From NCBI RefSeq assembly GCF_964213995.1, contig NW_027590186.1, positions 1 to 64,000 on the forward strand: a stretch of 64,000 nucleotides of DNA, written 5' to 3'. Within the stretch, counting starts at the first letter, position 1. Each line of letters begins with the position of its first letter. Below the pieces are notes generated by a model, which saw nothing but the letters and a program-made list of their open reading frames with translations, was not told the DNA's origin and made no database searches. Below are positions 25,791 through 38,823 of this stretch, piece after piece. Source of the DNA: Mustelus asterias. Its lineage: Eukaryota. The position numbers and the translations under genes were made by a program.

Positions 25791-26275
25791 CGGTCGCCCT
25801 TCAGTCTTCTCTTTTCCAGGGAAAAGCAGCCTCAGACTTTTCTGAGGGTTAAAAGCTCTCAGCTCTGGGATTATTCTTGTCAATTTACGTTGCTCCATCT
25901 CCAGTGCCTCTCTTTCCTTCTTCTAAATGCAGATCACTAATTTTGACAGGGCTCCCAGTTTATTTTAACCCTGGTTCTAAACAAGTTGGCCATAACCTCG
26001 CTGGTTTTCAATTATATCCCTCTGGAATGGAACCCTATATATGGGCCCCACACTTTAGGAAAGATGTGAACTCGCTGGGGTGTCAGCAGAGTGGATAACT
26101 GAGTGAATCCTTTCCCACACAAAGCAGGTGAATGGTCTCTCCCCAGTGTGAACTCACTGGTGAATTCACAGGTTTGATGAGCTTTAAAACCTCTGTGCAG
26201 TGAGAACACCTGAATGCTCTCTCCTCCGTGAGACTGCACTGGTGGGACACCAGTTCTGCAGACCTTGTGAAGTCA

Positions 26276-26786
26276 TAGAGCTTTCCAGCATGGAAACAGG
26301 TCCTTTGGCCCAACTTGTCCATGCCCCCCCTTTTTTTTAAAAGCCCTAAGCTAGTCCCAATTGCCCGCATTGGGCCCATAACCCTTTCTACCCATCTTAC
26401 CCATGTAACTGTCGAAATTGTACCTGCCTCTACTACTACCTCTGGCATCTTGTTCCAGACACTCACTACCCTCTGTGTGAAAAGGTTGCCCCTCTGGACC
26501 CTTTTGTATCTCTCCCCTCTCACCTTAAACCTATGCCCTCTAGTTTTAGACTCCCCTACCTTTGGGAAAAGATATTGACTATCTACCTTATCAATGTCCC
26601 TTATTATTTTCCTTATTATAAGGTCACCCCTCAGCCCCCTACGCTCCAGAGAAACAAGTCCCAGTCTATCCAGCCTCTCCTTATAACGCAAATCATCAAG
26701 TCCCGGTAGCATCCTAGTAAATCTTTTCTGCACTCTTTCTCGTTTAATAATATCTTTTCTATAATCGGGTGACCAGAACTGTACAC
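26276..26786 (-). mobile_element. CR1 3' end inserted into the decayed finger tail of ZNF-3
   Basis: CR1 motifs in ORF 26083-26733; AGTCA duplicated at 26271-26275 and 26787-26791; the finger sequence resumes on the far side. Confidence 0.85.
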
Positions 26787-26877
26787 AGTCACTCCCCCAT
26801 TCAGAGCATTGAAAGGGTCTCTACTTGGTGTGAGTGACTTTGGGTTTCAGCAAGCTGGATAACCAAGTTAATACTTT

Positions 26878-27663
26878 CTACACAGAGCAGCTTAACGGTC
26901 TGTCCCCAGTGTGAACTCGCTGGTGTTTCCGCAGGTCGGATGACCGAGTGAATCTCTTCCCACATTGAGAACAGGTGAATGGTTTCTCCCCAGTGTGAAC
27001 TCGCTGGTGTCTCTGCAGCGTGGATGACCTTTTAAACCTCACTGAACATTGTGAGCAGCTGAACGGTCTCTCCTCAGTGTGAATGCGCTCATGCTCTCGA
27101 AGAACTGCAGCACTTTTGAAGCCGCTCCCACAGTCAGCACATTTAAAAGGTCTCTCATTGCTGTGAGTACCTTTGTGTTTCATGAGGCTGGATGAAGCAG
27201 TGAATCCCTTGCCACACATGGCGCAGGTGAATGGTTTCTCTCCAGTGTGAACTCGCTGATGTACCCGCAGGTTGGATGACCTTTTAAATCTCTTTGTGCA
27301 GTGAGAGCAGCTGAACGGCCTCTCCTCAGTGTGAACACGTTGATGGGACACCAGTTCCCAAGAACTTTTGAATCCGCTCCCACAGTCAGAGCAGTTGAAG
27401 GGTTTCTCACTGGTGTGAGAGAGATTGTGACTCAGCAGCTGGGATGAGCGAATGAATCCCTTCCCACACATGCTGCAGGTGAACGGCATCTCCCTGATAT
27501 GAACTTGCTGGTGTGTCAGCAAGTCGGATGACTGAATGAATCCCTTCCCACACATGCAACAGGTGAATGGTCTGTCCCCAGTATGAATGTGTCGATGAAC
27601 TTCAAGCCGAGATGGGAATCTGAATCCCTTCCCACAGTCCCCACATTTCCACGGTTTCTCCAT
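26878..27663 (-). CDS. C2H2 zinc-finger protein ZNF-3 (261 aa, 9 fingers)
   Basis: MEKPWKC start; stop inside a 10th finger; decayed fingers continue to about 26065. Confidence 0.88.
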   Translation of the reverse strand: MEKPWKCGDCGKGFRFPSRLEVHRHIHTGDRPFTCCMCGKGFIQSSDLLTHQQVHIREMPFTCSMCGKGFIRSSQLLSHNLSHTSEKPFNCSDCGSGFKSSWELVSHQRVHTEERPFSCSHCTKRFKRSSNLRVHQRVHTGEKPFTCAMCGKGFTASSSLMKHKGTHSNERPFKCADCGSGFKSAAVLREHERIHTEERPFSCSQCSVRFKRSSTLQRHQRVHTGEKPFTCSQCGKRFTRSSDLRKHQRVHTGDRPLSCSV

Positions 27664-28249
27664 GGTGCGGGTGCCCTTGTGACTCTCCAGGTTTGGCTAT
27701 CAGTTGAAGCCTCGTCCACATACAGAACATGGGTACAGTCTCTCCCCACTGTGAATGCTGAGATGTTTTTTTCAGGTTGTGTAACTGGTTAAAGTTCTTT
27801 CCACACTCAGCGCACTGGAACACTGTCTGTAAATCCCCACCCTCTGATATCCTGTAAAAGGAATTTACAAAAGTCATCAGTGTCAGTACAGGAGAGAAAT
27901 TCAGAACAGACAATTTCTATGGAACATTCTTTCCTTTCTCATTCCCCAAAAATCATAAATCTCCATCCCACACACTCTCCCTCCATTCTCACTCTGCTGT
28001 ATCTAATATTCACCCTCCCAATTCTCCTGAAGGTGCTGATTGAGGCTGATTGACAGATCCATGCTCACTGCTTCCTGTTCTGGACAAAAAAAGCTGCAAA
28101 TCTTCAAGCTGACAGCCACGTTAAAGCTTTACAATTGGACATAAATGAGCATGTAATACACTGTATCACCTGGTTAGAGAAACATGAAGAATGTGAGGAG
28201 GATCTTTATTGAAGCAGCGAATGGTGACCTGGAAGTTAAAAATTCAACT

Positions 28250-28680
28250 CCAGAATGAGAAAAGAAATGGAAGCGGGGAGAGAAGAAAGTGTTTTACTCA
28301 CAGATGTCGGAGAGACAGGAGGAAGTTTGAGCCTGTCTGAAGCTCAATGTTCAAGAGAGGGAGCAGCAGCAGCTTTGCTGGGCAGGAATGAGCAACTGAA
28401 CAAGCTCATTGTCCACTTCCGCATTCAGACAATGGGGAGCTCTGATTGGCTGGAGGACCAGAGTCCTTCCGGTCCTCCAACTCCCCCATTGGTCAACACC
28501 TCAGCATAAGGACCAGGGGGTGGGCACTCTACCGCACGTGCGCAGCTTCCCCTCTCCCTTGGACATGCGCAGCCCTGGGCCTTGGGGGAGTGGACAGAGT
28601 AAAACTTCCTCCTGTGAGTAAAACACTTTCTTTTCTCCCCCTTTCCATTTCTTTTCTCATTCTGGGGGAAATTGGGGACT
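28250..28680. promoter_or_regulatory. Bidirectional promoter of ZNF-3/ZNF-4 with mirror-image first exons/introns
   Basis: Inverted copies of the donor/intron block (28252-28303 vs 28612-28664); CCAAT, ETS-like cttccgg and NRF1-like cacgtgcgca/catgcgca motifs. Confidence 0.7.
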
Positions 28681-28809
28681 TGCAGCAACTGAAGGGAAAG
28701 GAAGTGAATCCAGTCTGTACATTCCACACATTGTTAGTCCAGTCAGATAGACATATATCTGTTTGGCCGCCTGCATGGAGATTTCCAGCTCTCTGTGTCC
28801 AGGACAGGA

Positions 28810-29207
28810 CAGTAAGAAGTTTAACAACACCAGGTTAAAGTCCAACAGGTTTATTTGGTAGCACAAGCCACTAGCTTTCGGAGCTCCAAGCCCCTTCATC
28901 AGGTGAGTGGGAGTTCTGTTCACAAACAGGGCATATAAAGACACAGACTCAATTTACAAGATAATGGTTGGAATGCGAGTCTTTACAGGTCATCAAGTCT
29001 TAAAGGTACAGACAATGTGAGTGGAGAGAGGGTTAAGCACAGGTTAAAGAGATGTGTATTGTCTCCAGACAGGACAGTTAGTGAGATTTTGCAAGTCCAG
29101 ACAAGCTGTGGGGGTTACAGATAGTGTGACATGAACCCAAGATCCCGGTTGAGGCCAACCTTGTGTGCGGAACTTGGCTCTCAGTCTCTGCTTAGCGATT
29201 CTGTGTT
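28810..29207 (-). mobile_element. Penelope-like fragment inserted into the conserved ZNF-4 5' exon; 8-bp TSD
   Basis: GGACAGGA at 28802-28809 and 29208-29215; PLE C-terminal relic (..AKFRT..GLNRDLGFMSHYL*) plus pLTR. Confidence 0.8.
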
Positions 29208-29836
29208 GGACAGGAAGCAGTGAGCATGGACCTGTCAATCAGCCTCAATCAGCACCTTCAGGAGAATTGGGAGGGTGAATATTAGATACAGCAGAGTGAG
29301 AATGGAGGGAGAGTGTGTGGGATGGAGATTCACAGCTTTTGAGGAATGAGAGAGAAAAGAATGTTCCATAGAAACTGGAACTGTCTGTTCTGAATTTCTG
29401 TCCTGCACTGACATTGATGAATTTTTACAATCATTTTTACAATAATTACTTTTGTAAATTCCTTTTACAGAATATCAGAAGATGAGGAATTAAAGACAAA
29501 AACTCAAAACTAACATCACATCAACATCTGACGGAGTCATTCAATTTATCGGGACCTGAATATTAGCCACATTTGATTCTAGAAGGAGAAATGTTTCCAT
29601 GTTCTTTCTGCTTCAGAAGATTTTAAACATCAGTTTGACTGGAAAAGCACTGAGGCACACACACACACACACACCCGAGTGAGAGTGTTCCAGTGCACTG
29701 AGTGTGGAAAGAGCTTCAACCAGTTACACAGCCTGAAAATACATCGCAGCATTCAGAGCGGGGAGAGACTGTACCCGTGTTCTGTGTGAGATTTAACTGA
29801 TTGTTTAACCTGGAGAGTTACAAGGACACCCGTAGC

Positions 29837-30598
29837 ATGGAGAAACCATGGAAATGTGGGGACTGTGGGAAGAGATTCAGGTTCCCATCTCTGCTGGAAA
29901 CTCATCGACGCAGTCACACTGGGGAGAGGCCGTTCACCTGCTCTGTGTGTGGGAAGGGATTCAGGTTCCCATGTGAGCTGGAAACACACCATTACAATCA
30001 CACTGGGGAGAGACCGTTCACCTGCTCTGTGTGTGAGAAGGGATTTACTCGGTTATCCCACTTGCTGACACACAATCTCACTCACACCAATGAGAGACCG
30101 TTTCAATGCTCTGACTGTGGGAGTGGCTTCAAAAGCTCTTGGGAACTGGTGAAACACCAGCGCATTCACACTGGGGAGAGACCGTTCACCTGTCCTGTGT
30201 GTGGGAAGGGATTCACTACTTCAGCCGGTCTGCACAATCACAATCTCACTCACACCCAGGACAGACCCTTTAAATGCTCTGAATGTGGGAGTGGTTTCAA
30301 AAGCTCTCAGTATCTGATGAGACACCAGCGCATTCACACTGAGGAGAGACTGTTCAGCTGCTCTCATTGCTCAAAGAGATTTAAAACGTCGTACTCCCTG
30401 CTGACACACCAGCGCATTCACACTGAGGAGAGACCATTCAGCTGCTCTCACTGCACAAAGAGATTTAGAAGGTCATCCAACCTGTGGGAACACCAGCGGG
30501 TTCACACCGGGGAGAGACCATTCACCTGCTCTGTGTGTGGGAAGGGATTCACTTATTCATCCAACCTGCTGACACACAAAGCCACTCACGCCAATTAG
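29837..30598 (+). CDS. C2H2 zinc-finger protein ZNF-4 (253 aa, 9 fingers)
   Basis: MEKPWKC start; TAG in a linker (GAG>TAG). Confidence 0.88.
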   Translation: MEKPWKCGDCGKRFRFPSLLETHRRSHTGERPFTCSVCGKGFRFPCELETHHYNHTGERPFTCSVCEKGFTRLSHLLTHNLTHTNERPFQCSDCGSGFKSSWELVKHQRIHTGERPFTCPVCGKGFTTSAGLHNHNLTHTQDRPFKCSECGSGFKSSQYLMRHQRIHTEERLFSCSHCSKRFKTSYSLLTHQRIHTEERPFSCSHCTKRFRRSSNLWEHQRVHTGERPFTCSVCGKGFTYSSNLLTHKATHAN

Positions 30599-31408
30599 AG
30601 ACCCTTTAAACATTCTGACTGTGGGAGTGGCTTCAAAAGCTCTCGGAAACTGATGATCCACCAGCGCATTCACACTGAGGAGGGGCCGCTCAGCTGCTCT
30701 GTGTGTGGGAAAGGGTTCAGTGATTCATCCCAGTCTGCGGGCACACCATCGAGTTCACACTCGGGATGGACCATTCACCTGCTCTGTGTGTGGGATGGGT
30801 TTCACTCAGTCATCCCACCTGTGGATGCACCAGCGAGTTCACACCAGGGAGAGACCATTCACCTTCACTCCGACATCCAGCTGCTGAAACACAAAGCCAC
30901 TCACACCAAGGACAGACTCTTTAAATGCTCTGACTGAGAGGCTGGACTCAAAAGCTCTCAGGAACTGATGATCCACCAGCGCATTCACAGGGGAGAGGCC
31001 GTTCAGCTGCTCTGACTGTGGGCATGGCTCCAAAAGCTCTGACTAACTGGTGTCCCGCCAGTGCATTCACACTGAGGAGAGACTGTTCCCCTGCTCTCAC
31101 TGCACAAAGAGGTTTAGAATATCTTCAGCTGAAACACCAGTGAGTTCACACTGGGGAGAGACTATTCACCTGCTCTGTGTGTTGGGAAAGGATTTCCTTG
31201 GTTATCCAGCCTGCGCAGACACAAAGTCACTCACACCCAGGAGAGACCCTTTAAGTGTTTTGACTGTGGGAGTGGCTTCAAAAGCTCTCGGGAACTGATG
31301 TCCCACCTGTGAGTTCACACTGGGAAGAGACCATTCACCTGCTCTGACTGTAGGAAGGGATTCACTCGGTCAACAAACTTAGTGAAACACCAGCAAGTTC
31401 ACAAGTGA
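30599..31408 (+). pseudogene. Decayed finger tail of ZNF-4 (about 9-10 frameshifted fingers)
   Basis: Finger-like fragments in several frames (ORFs 30653, 30705, 31050), ending at the family terminal motif cacaagtga. Confidence 0.8.
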
Positions 31409-31491
31409 TTCGAGTTCTGGGATTATTCTTGTGAACCTTACTTGCCCCTCCTCCAGTGCCTTCACTTCCTTTTTCTAAATGGAGATCACAA

Positions 31492-33277
31492 ATAGAACGT
31501 AGAACAGTACAGCACAGGAACAGACCCTTCAGCCCACCATGTTGTGTCGAACATGAAGCCAAATTAAACTATTCCTTTCTGCCTGCCCTTGGTCCATATC
31601 CCTCTATTCCTTGCATATTCATGTGCTTATCTAAAAGCCCATTAAAGATAATGGGCCTCATCCACCCCTGGCAGCGCGTTCCAGCCACCTACCACTCTCT
31701 GTGTTATAAAAGTTGCCCCTCACATCTCCTTTGAACTTTCCCCGTCTCTCCTGAAGTGCATGCCCCCTAGTAATAGACATTTCAACTCTGGGAAAAAGAT
31801 TCTGACTGTCAACCCTATCTATGTGTGCAGTATTGGTCCCCTTATATGAGGAAGGATATATTGGCATTGGAGGGAGTGCAGAGAAGGTTCACCAGGTTGA
31901 TACCGGAGATGAGGGGTTTGGATTATGAGGAGAGGCTGAGGAGATTGGGTTTGTACTCGTTGGAGTTTAGAAGGATGAGGGGGGATCTTATGGAGACTTA
32001 TAAGATAATGCGGGGGCTGGATAGGGTGGAGGCGGAGAGATTCTTTCCACTTAGTAAGGAAGTTAAAACTAGAGGACACAGCCTCAAAATAAAGGGGGGT
32101 CGGTTTAAGACAGAGTTGAGGAGGAACTTCTTCTCCCAGAGGGTGGTGAATCTCTGGAATTCTCTGCCCACTGAGGTGGTGGAGGCTACCTCGCTGAATA
32201 TGTTTAAAGCGCGGATGAATGGATTCCTGATCGGTAAGGGAATTAAGGGTTATGGGGATCAGGCGGGTAAGTGGTACTGATCCACGTCAGATCAGCCATG
32301 ATCTTATTGAATGGCGGGGCAGGCTCGAGGGGCTAGATGGCCTACTCCTGCTCCTATTTCTTATGTTCTTATGTTCTTATGTCTCTTATCATTTCATAGA
32401 CTTCTATCAGGTCTCCCCTCAGCCTCAGCTGCTTCAGAGAAAGCAACCCTAGTTTGTCCAGCCTCTCCTTATAGCTCGTACCCTCTAATCCAGGCAGCAT
32501 CCTGGGAAACCTCTTCTGCACCCTCTCCAAATCCTCTACATCTTCCTGTAACGTGGCAACCAGAATTAAATACAATATTCTGAGTGCGGCCTAACCAAAG
32601 TTTTATAAAGCTGCAACATGACATCCTTACTCTTGTACTCAATAAAGGCAAGCATGCCATATGCCTTCTTTACCACTTATTTATTTTTGTGGCCAATTTC
32701 AGGGAACTGTGGATTGGAACCCCAAGATCCCTCTGTGCATCAATGTTGTTCAGGGACCTGCCATTAACTGTATACTTATCCTTAATATTTGATCTCCCAA
32801 AGTGCAGTATCTCACACTTGCCCAGATTAAACTCTATCTGCCATTTCTCCAACCATATCTCCAGCTGATTTATATCCCACTGTATCGTTTGACAACCTTC
32901 TACATTATTTACAACTCTATCTAGCTTTGTGTTGTCTGCAAACTTACTAACCCACACATCCACATTTTCATCCAAGTCATTTATATTTATCACAAACAGC
33001 AGAGGTCCCAGTACGGATCCCTGTGGAACACCACTAGTCACTGACTTCCAGCCAGAAAAACACCCTCCACCACTACTCTCTGACTTCTATGGGCAAGTCA
33101 ATTCTGAATCCAAGCGGCCAAGTCACCGTGAATCCCATGCATCTTAATCTTCTGGATGAGCCGACCATGAGGGACCTTGTCGAAAGCCTTACTAAAATCC
33201 ATGTTCACAACATCCACTGCTCTACCCTCATCGATCACCTTCATCATCTCCTCGATAAAATCGATCCAGTCAGTAAG
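31492..33277 (-). mobile_element. CR1 fragment with nested plus-strand CR1 3' end (about 31823-32380)
   Basis: ORFs 32670-33041 and 32369-32575 (-) and 31825-32280 (+). Confidence 0.88.
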
Positions 33278-35099
33278 ATGTTGACGGTGCTCCCACTGCA
33301 GTCCTGTGATGAAAATATAGACTGGTTGGTGAAATGTAGATAACAGGTAGAATTGATATCTAATGAGGACTTTATACTTTAGAATTGAATACAGGGCTCA
33401 TTGTTACTAACGGGGAAAGAAGGGTTAAAACCCTTACCGAGAACCCTTTTCACACACACGTGGACATCTCTGAATCTGACGCACACCAAATGGAACGTTA
33501 CACAAGGGGCTGGAATTCACTGGAATTTCTTAACAACCTTTCAATAGAAATGTCCTGGTACCGACTGTGACAAAGGACACAACAGACAGCAAGAACCAGG
33601 AGGAACCTTTAACACAGAGAATGTTAATAACCTTGTTCAGGACACCGGTGCCAGGCACAGGAGGATCCCAGGAAAAACGAAACATTTAATTTCTGTCTGT
33701 TTCACAATTCTAAATGACTGATTCTTTAACAAAGGAATGTTTAAAAACAGCATTGTGATATTCCAAGGTCAGTGTGTCTGGGAAAGGGGCACACTGATGT
33801 GTTTTTATTTTAAACGGGAGGATCCATTGAAAAGCAGCTCTGGACGATACGAGCACCTCCTGACCTCCTTTCAATTCATTTCAAATCACCCATCACTTTC
33901 CGTGGAATATTCTTTATTCTTTCCTGGGATGTGGACACTGCTGGCAAAGCCCCAGCACACGTTGCTCATCTCCTAATTGCCCTTGAATGGAGTGACTTGC
34001 TCAGCCATTTCAGAGGGGCAGTTAAGAGTCACCCACATCGCTGTGTGGGTCTGGATTCACACGTAGGCCAGACCGGGTAAGGATGGCAGATTTCCCTCCC
34101 TAATAGGGAGCATTAATAGGGTGAACTGGATGGGTTTTTACAACAATCGATGATAGTTTCATGGTCAATGTTACTGAGACTACCTTTGTATAATTCCAGA
34201 TTGATTCACTGAATTCAAATCCCACCAGCTGCCTGTCCCCAGATCCTTTGCTGCGTCTCTGCATTACTCGGCCAGCGACATTCCCACCACCTCCCCCTGA
34301 ATGGAATATTCCACAACCCCTTCGTTAAACAGGAAGGAGAAAAGAGAAAGGCTTTGACCTTTGGATGACCTCATCACCAACTACAGAAACCTTAAAGCTG
34401 ACCATTCTGTAAAAGTTTATAAACTTTATTTTTATAAAACACAGAGTAAGAAACAGGTGAAAAGTAACGATGGACGTTCCGACTGACATCAGAAACATTG
34501 ATTGACCGGATAAACACTCACTGCATCACAGAGCGATCCTCAACCATTAAAGAATTGACCCACAATAAGGAATGAGAGAGCCTTATAAAAAGGGGCAGGA
34601 GTTTACACAGAGAGGTGACACCCACAGCTGCTCAGGATGATGGAATTCAGTTCAGGAAGGGGATAAAGTGAGAAGCTTTTGCGATTCAAGACAGAAGTAT
34701 TGAACAATCTGGAATCAGTGCTTCTCGAGCTTGCTGACCAGCCGAACACTTCAATTAATCTCATCATAAAAACCCCCCAGTGTAAATAACATGGATTTGG
34801 CTGATAAATGTTGAAGTGTTGATTCAGAGACACAAGTTTTGACTTCCCATTTGAGCCTGGGGCACCTTTCTGTCTCTCTTGCTCGTGTCAGTGACAGCCA
34901 GGCGATGGAGCTGAGAATAATGGGGCCTGCACCCCAGTTGGGCATTGCCCCCCATGGGCGTCGCACTAACAGAGAGACAAGGAGGAGGACTGACTGGGAA
35001 ATGAGCCTCCAACCAATCAGGGCACCGGAGGAGGTGACCGGGGCTGATGGTGACGTGACCCCCGGGGTTCAGTGTCCCTGTGTCCAAAGCGGGGAGTCA

Positions 35100-36795
35100 G
35101 TCAGTCTTCACAGTAGAAGACATGAGTAATATCCCAACAATTCAGGAAAGTCAGGGGGCAGAGTTGAATATGGTTGCCATCACAAAGGAGAAAGTGCGAG
35201 AGAAACTAAAAGGTCTGAAAATTGATACATCTCCGGGCCCAGATGGGCTACATCCTAGAGTTCGAAAGGAGATAGCTGAAGAAATAGTGGAGGCGTTAGT
35301 TATGATCTTTCAAAAGTCACTGGAGTCAGGGAAAGTCCCAGAGGATTGGAAAATCGCTATTGTAACCCCACTGTTCAAGAAGGGAACAAGAAAAAAGATG
35401 GAAAATTATAGGCCAATTAGCCTAACCTCAGTTGTTGGCAAAATTCTAGAATCCATCGTTAAGGATGAGATTTCTAAATTCTTGGAAGTGCAGGGTCGGA
35501 TTAGGACAAGTCAGCATGGATTTAGTAAGGGGAGGTCGTGCCTGACAAACCTGTTAGAGTTCTTTGAAGAGATAACAAATAGGTTAGACCAAGGAGAGCC
35601 AATGGATGTTATCTATCTTGACTTCCAAAAGGCCTTTGACAAGGTGCCTCACGGGAGACTGCTGAGTAAAATAAGGGCCCATGGTATTCGAGGCAAGGTA
35701 CTAACATGGATTGACGATTGGCTGTCAGACAGAAGGCAGAGAGTTGGGATAAAAGGTTCTTTCTCAGAATGGTAACCGGTGACAAGTGGTGTCCCGCAGG
35801 GTTCAGTGTTGGGGCCACAGCTGTTCTCTTTATATATTAACGATCTAGATGACGGGACTGGGGGCATTCTGGCCAAGTTTGCCGATGATACAAAGATAGG
35901 TGGAGGGGCAGGTAGTATTGAGGAGGTGGGGAGGCTGCAGAAAGATTTAGACAGTTTAGGAGAGTGGTCCAAGAAGTGGCTGATGAAATTCAACGTGGGC
36001 AAGTGCGAGGTCGTACACTTTGGAAAAAAGAATAGAGGCATGGACTATTTTCTAAACGGTGACAAAATTCATAATGCTAAAGTGCAAAGGGACTTGGGAG
36101 TCCTAGTCCAGGATTCTCTAAAGGTAAACTTGCAGGTTGAGTCCGTAATTAAGAAAGCAAATGTAATATTGTCAATTGTCTCAAGAGGCTTGGAATACAA
36201 AAGCAGGGATGTACTTCTGAGGCTTTATAAAGCACTGGTTAGGCCCCATTTGGAGTACTGTGAGCAATTTTGGGCCCCACACCTCAGGAAGGACATACTG
36301 GCACTGGAGCGGGTCCAGCGGAGATTCACACGAATGATCCCAGGAATGGTAGGCCTGACATACGATGAACTTCTGAGGATCGTGGGATTATATTCATTGG
36401 AGTTTAGGAGGTTGAGGGGAGATCTGATAGAAACTTACAAGATAATGAACGGCTTAGATAGGATGGACGTAGGGAAGTTGTTTCCATTAAAGGGGAGACT
36501 AGGACGCGGGGGCACAGCCTTAGAATAAAAGGGAGTCACTTTAGAACAGAGATGAGGAGAAATTTCTTCAGCCAGAGAGTGGTGGGTCTGTGGAATTCAT
36601 TGCCACAGAGGGCTGTGGAGGACGAGACGTTGAGCGTCTTCAAGACAGAAATTGATAAATTCTTGATTTCTCGAGGAATTAAGGGCTATGGGGAGAGAGC
36701 GGGTAAATGGAGTTGAAATCAACCATGATTGAATGGTGGAGTGGACCCGATGGGCCGAATGGCCTTACTTCCGCTCCTATGTCTTATGGTCTTAG
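35100..36795 (+). mobile_element. Young 5'-truncated CR1 LINE, nearly intact RT region
   Basis: ORFs 35080-35775 and 35779-36528 are in frame, separated by a single TAA; (tcttatg)n tail. Confidence 0.93.
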
Positions 36796-38487
36796 GGGAC
36801 AGAGGAGCTGAAGAGAATCCAGTTGTGTCCAGAACATTGTGAACATCCCTTTACTCTGGTTGTCTTTGATCCTCAAGTCATTTTCTGTTTGTTTTAACCA
36901 TGTTCTGTTTCATCAATAAACTTTTATCAGTAAAAATATTTGATTGTTCTGGACTTTTCCTGATGAGATTGATGCACTTTAGGGAAAGTGGGTGAGAGGG
37001 GTTGGCAGGCTCTTTAACAGAAAGTGAGTCCCTCTAAGGTAATTGGCAAAGGAGCCAGAGGGGGAGATGAGATTTTATTTTTGACTCAGCGATGTTAGAA
37101 AATGGGGTTCAGGGAGTCAATTAACCCTTTCTCCCCTTTTCCCAAACTCTGAAATGATTCCCAGTGATAACCCTTATTGGTGACAGTGGTTAGATTTTAT
37201 TCAGTATCAATAAGAGCTGACACAGGCTAATGTCTGAGCAGTCGTATCAAAGTGCAGCAGCATTACCATTACACTCTGGGTAGAAGCAGCATCTCCACGG
37301 AAATGCTCCCTGCTCTGCCCCAGATGCCATGGCACCAGTCAATGCAATATGTAAAACCTCGACAAATCTCTGTGCTCGGGGAATCCCTTCTTATACTTTT
37401 TTACATCACAAAGTCTATGAAGACTGATTTAACCCAATCATTGCCCAGCTAACATTTCTGCTGAAGTTTGGCCCCTTTTACACCTTTCAGATCAATAAAA
37501 CATTTGGTCAATGACCCAAACCACAATTTCCCATCCTGTCACCTGTCAACCATCCTTACCCAGAGCGTAATCACAACAGGAATAAAAACAGGAGAAGTGT
37601 AACAATCAAATTCAATATAAATGCACAGCCAGTCATAGATTCATTAATTAGCAAGAAAATCCCAAGTAGGGGATCTCCCAGGATTCTTAAAGTCCACACC
37701 GTGAAGGGGAGGAAAATTATGTCGCTGACACTCACTCAATTTCACTCCATTATTTTCCAGTTCTGTTCTGGCCCCGCCTGGGGTAACATCTGATCGATCT
37801 TTTTTCTTCTGAAGGAGCACCGTGAGTTCTAGGTTACTTGTACATAAGGACAGATGCTTCAAGCAACAGATCAAGCATGGATGTAAAAGATTCTCCAGCT
37901 CTCTCTTTACCCCTATCCGAGTTGTGGACAGTTCTTACTCAGTATTATTTCTTCCAAGCCCTTAATTGTCCTAATCTATAATATTATCATTTTACCTTTC
38001 CTCACTTTGTGTCCATGTGCAGTGTGTTTAATTGGACCCTGATTGTTTTGAACTCAGTTTCTCTCTGGAGTGTGTGTCAATGCCTTGATGATGTCACAAT
38101 GTTGTCTCAATCCCCTGGCCACATTAACCATTTCATCTCCTGCTGTGTCTCAAGTAGCTGTGTGTGTTTGGGACCCGCTCCTCACTCCATCTCACCATGA
38201 ATTTAGGCTTGCTATTTTTCACATGTAACAAATCACATCTGCACACTCACTCCGCTATCCCAAAATCATGTCACACATTCTTAACTCTCAGATGTGCTGA
38301 CGAAAGGATCAAAGTGAGTGTCTGTCTTTCTTATCTCCCCTTGTTATGGTCTGATATTTCATGCAGTGACCGGGCTTTCAAATGTGGATTTCTTTAAAAC
38401 AAAGTTCATGGATGTCGGAGTGTTTCACAGACCAAATATTATGCTGGCCTTCACTGATTTACAACTCGGCTAATACAAAGAACAACA

Positions 38488-38810
38488 TGGCAGTACGGTG
38501 GCACAGTGGTCAGCACTGCTGCCTCACAGCACCAGGGATCCAGGTTTGATTCCTGGCTTGGGTCACTGTCTGTGTGGAGTTTGCACATTCTCCCTGTGTC
38601 TGCGTGAGTTTTCTCCAGATGCTCCGGTTTCCTCCCACAGTCCAAAGATGTGTGGGTTGGGTTGATTGGCTGTGCTAAATTGACCCTAGTTTCTGGGGGA
38701 TTAGCAGGGTGAACAGGTGGGGTTACGGAGAAAGGCTGGGATTATTGTCAGTGCAGGCCCGATAGGCTGAATGGCCTCTTTCTGTACTGTTGGGATTCTA
38801 TTCTATGAAT
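38488..38810 (+). mobile_element. HE1/V-SINE-type SINE
   Basis: Head, core and tail. Confidence 0.85.
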
Positions 38811-38823
38811 ATAATGAAGCTAA

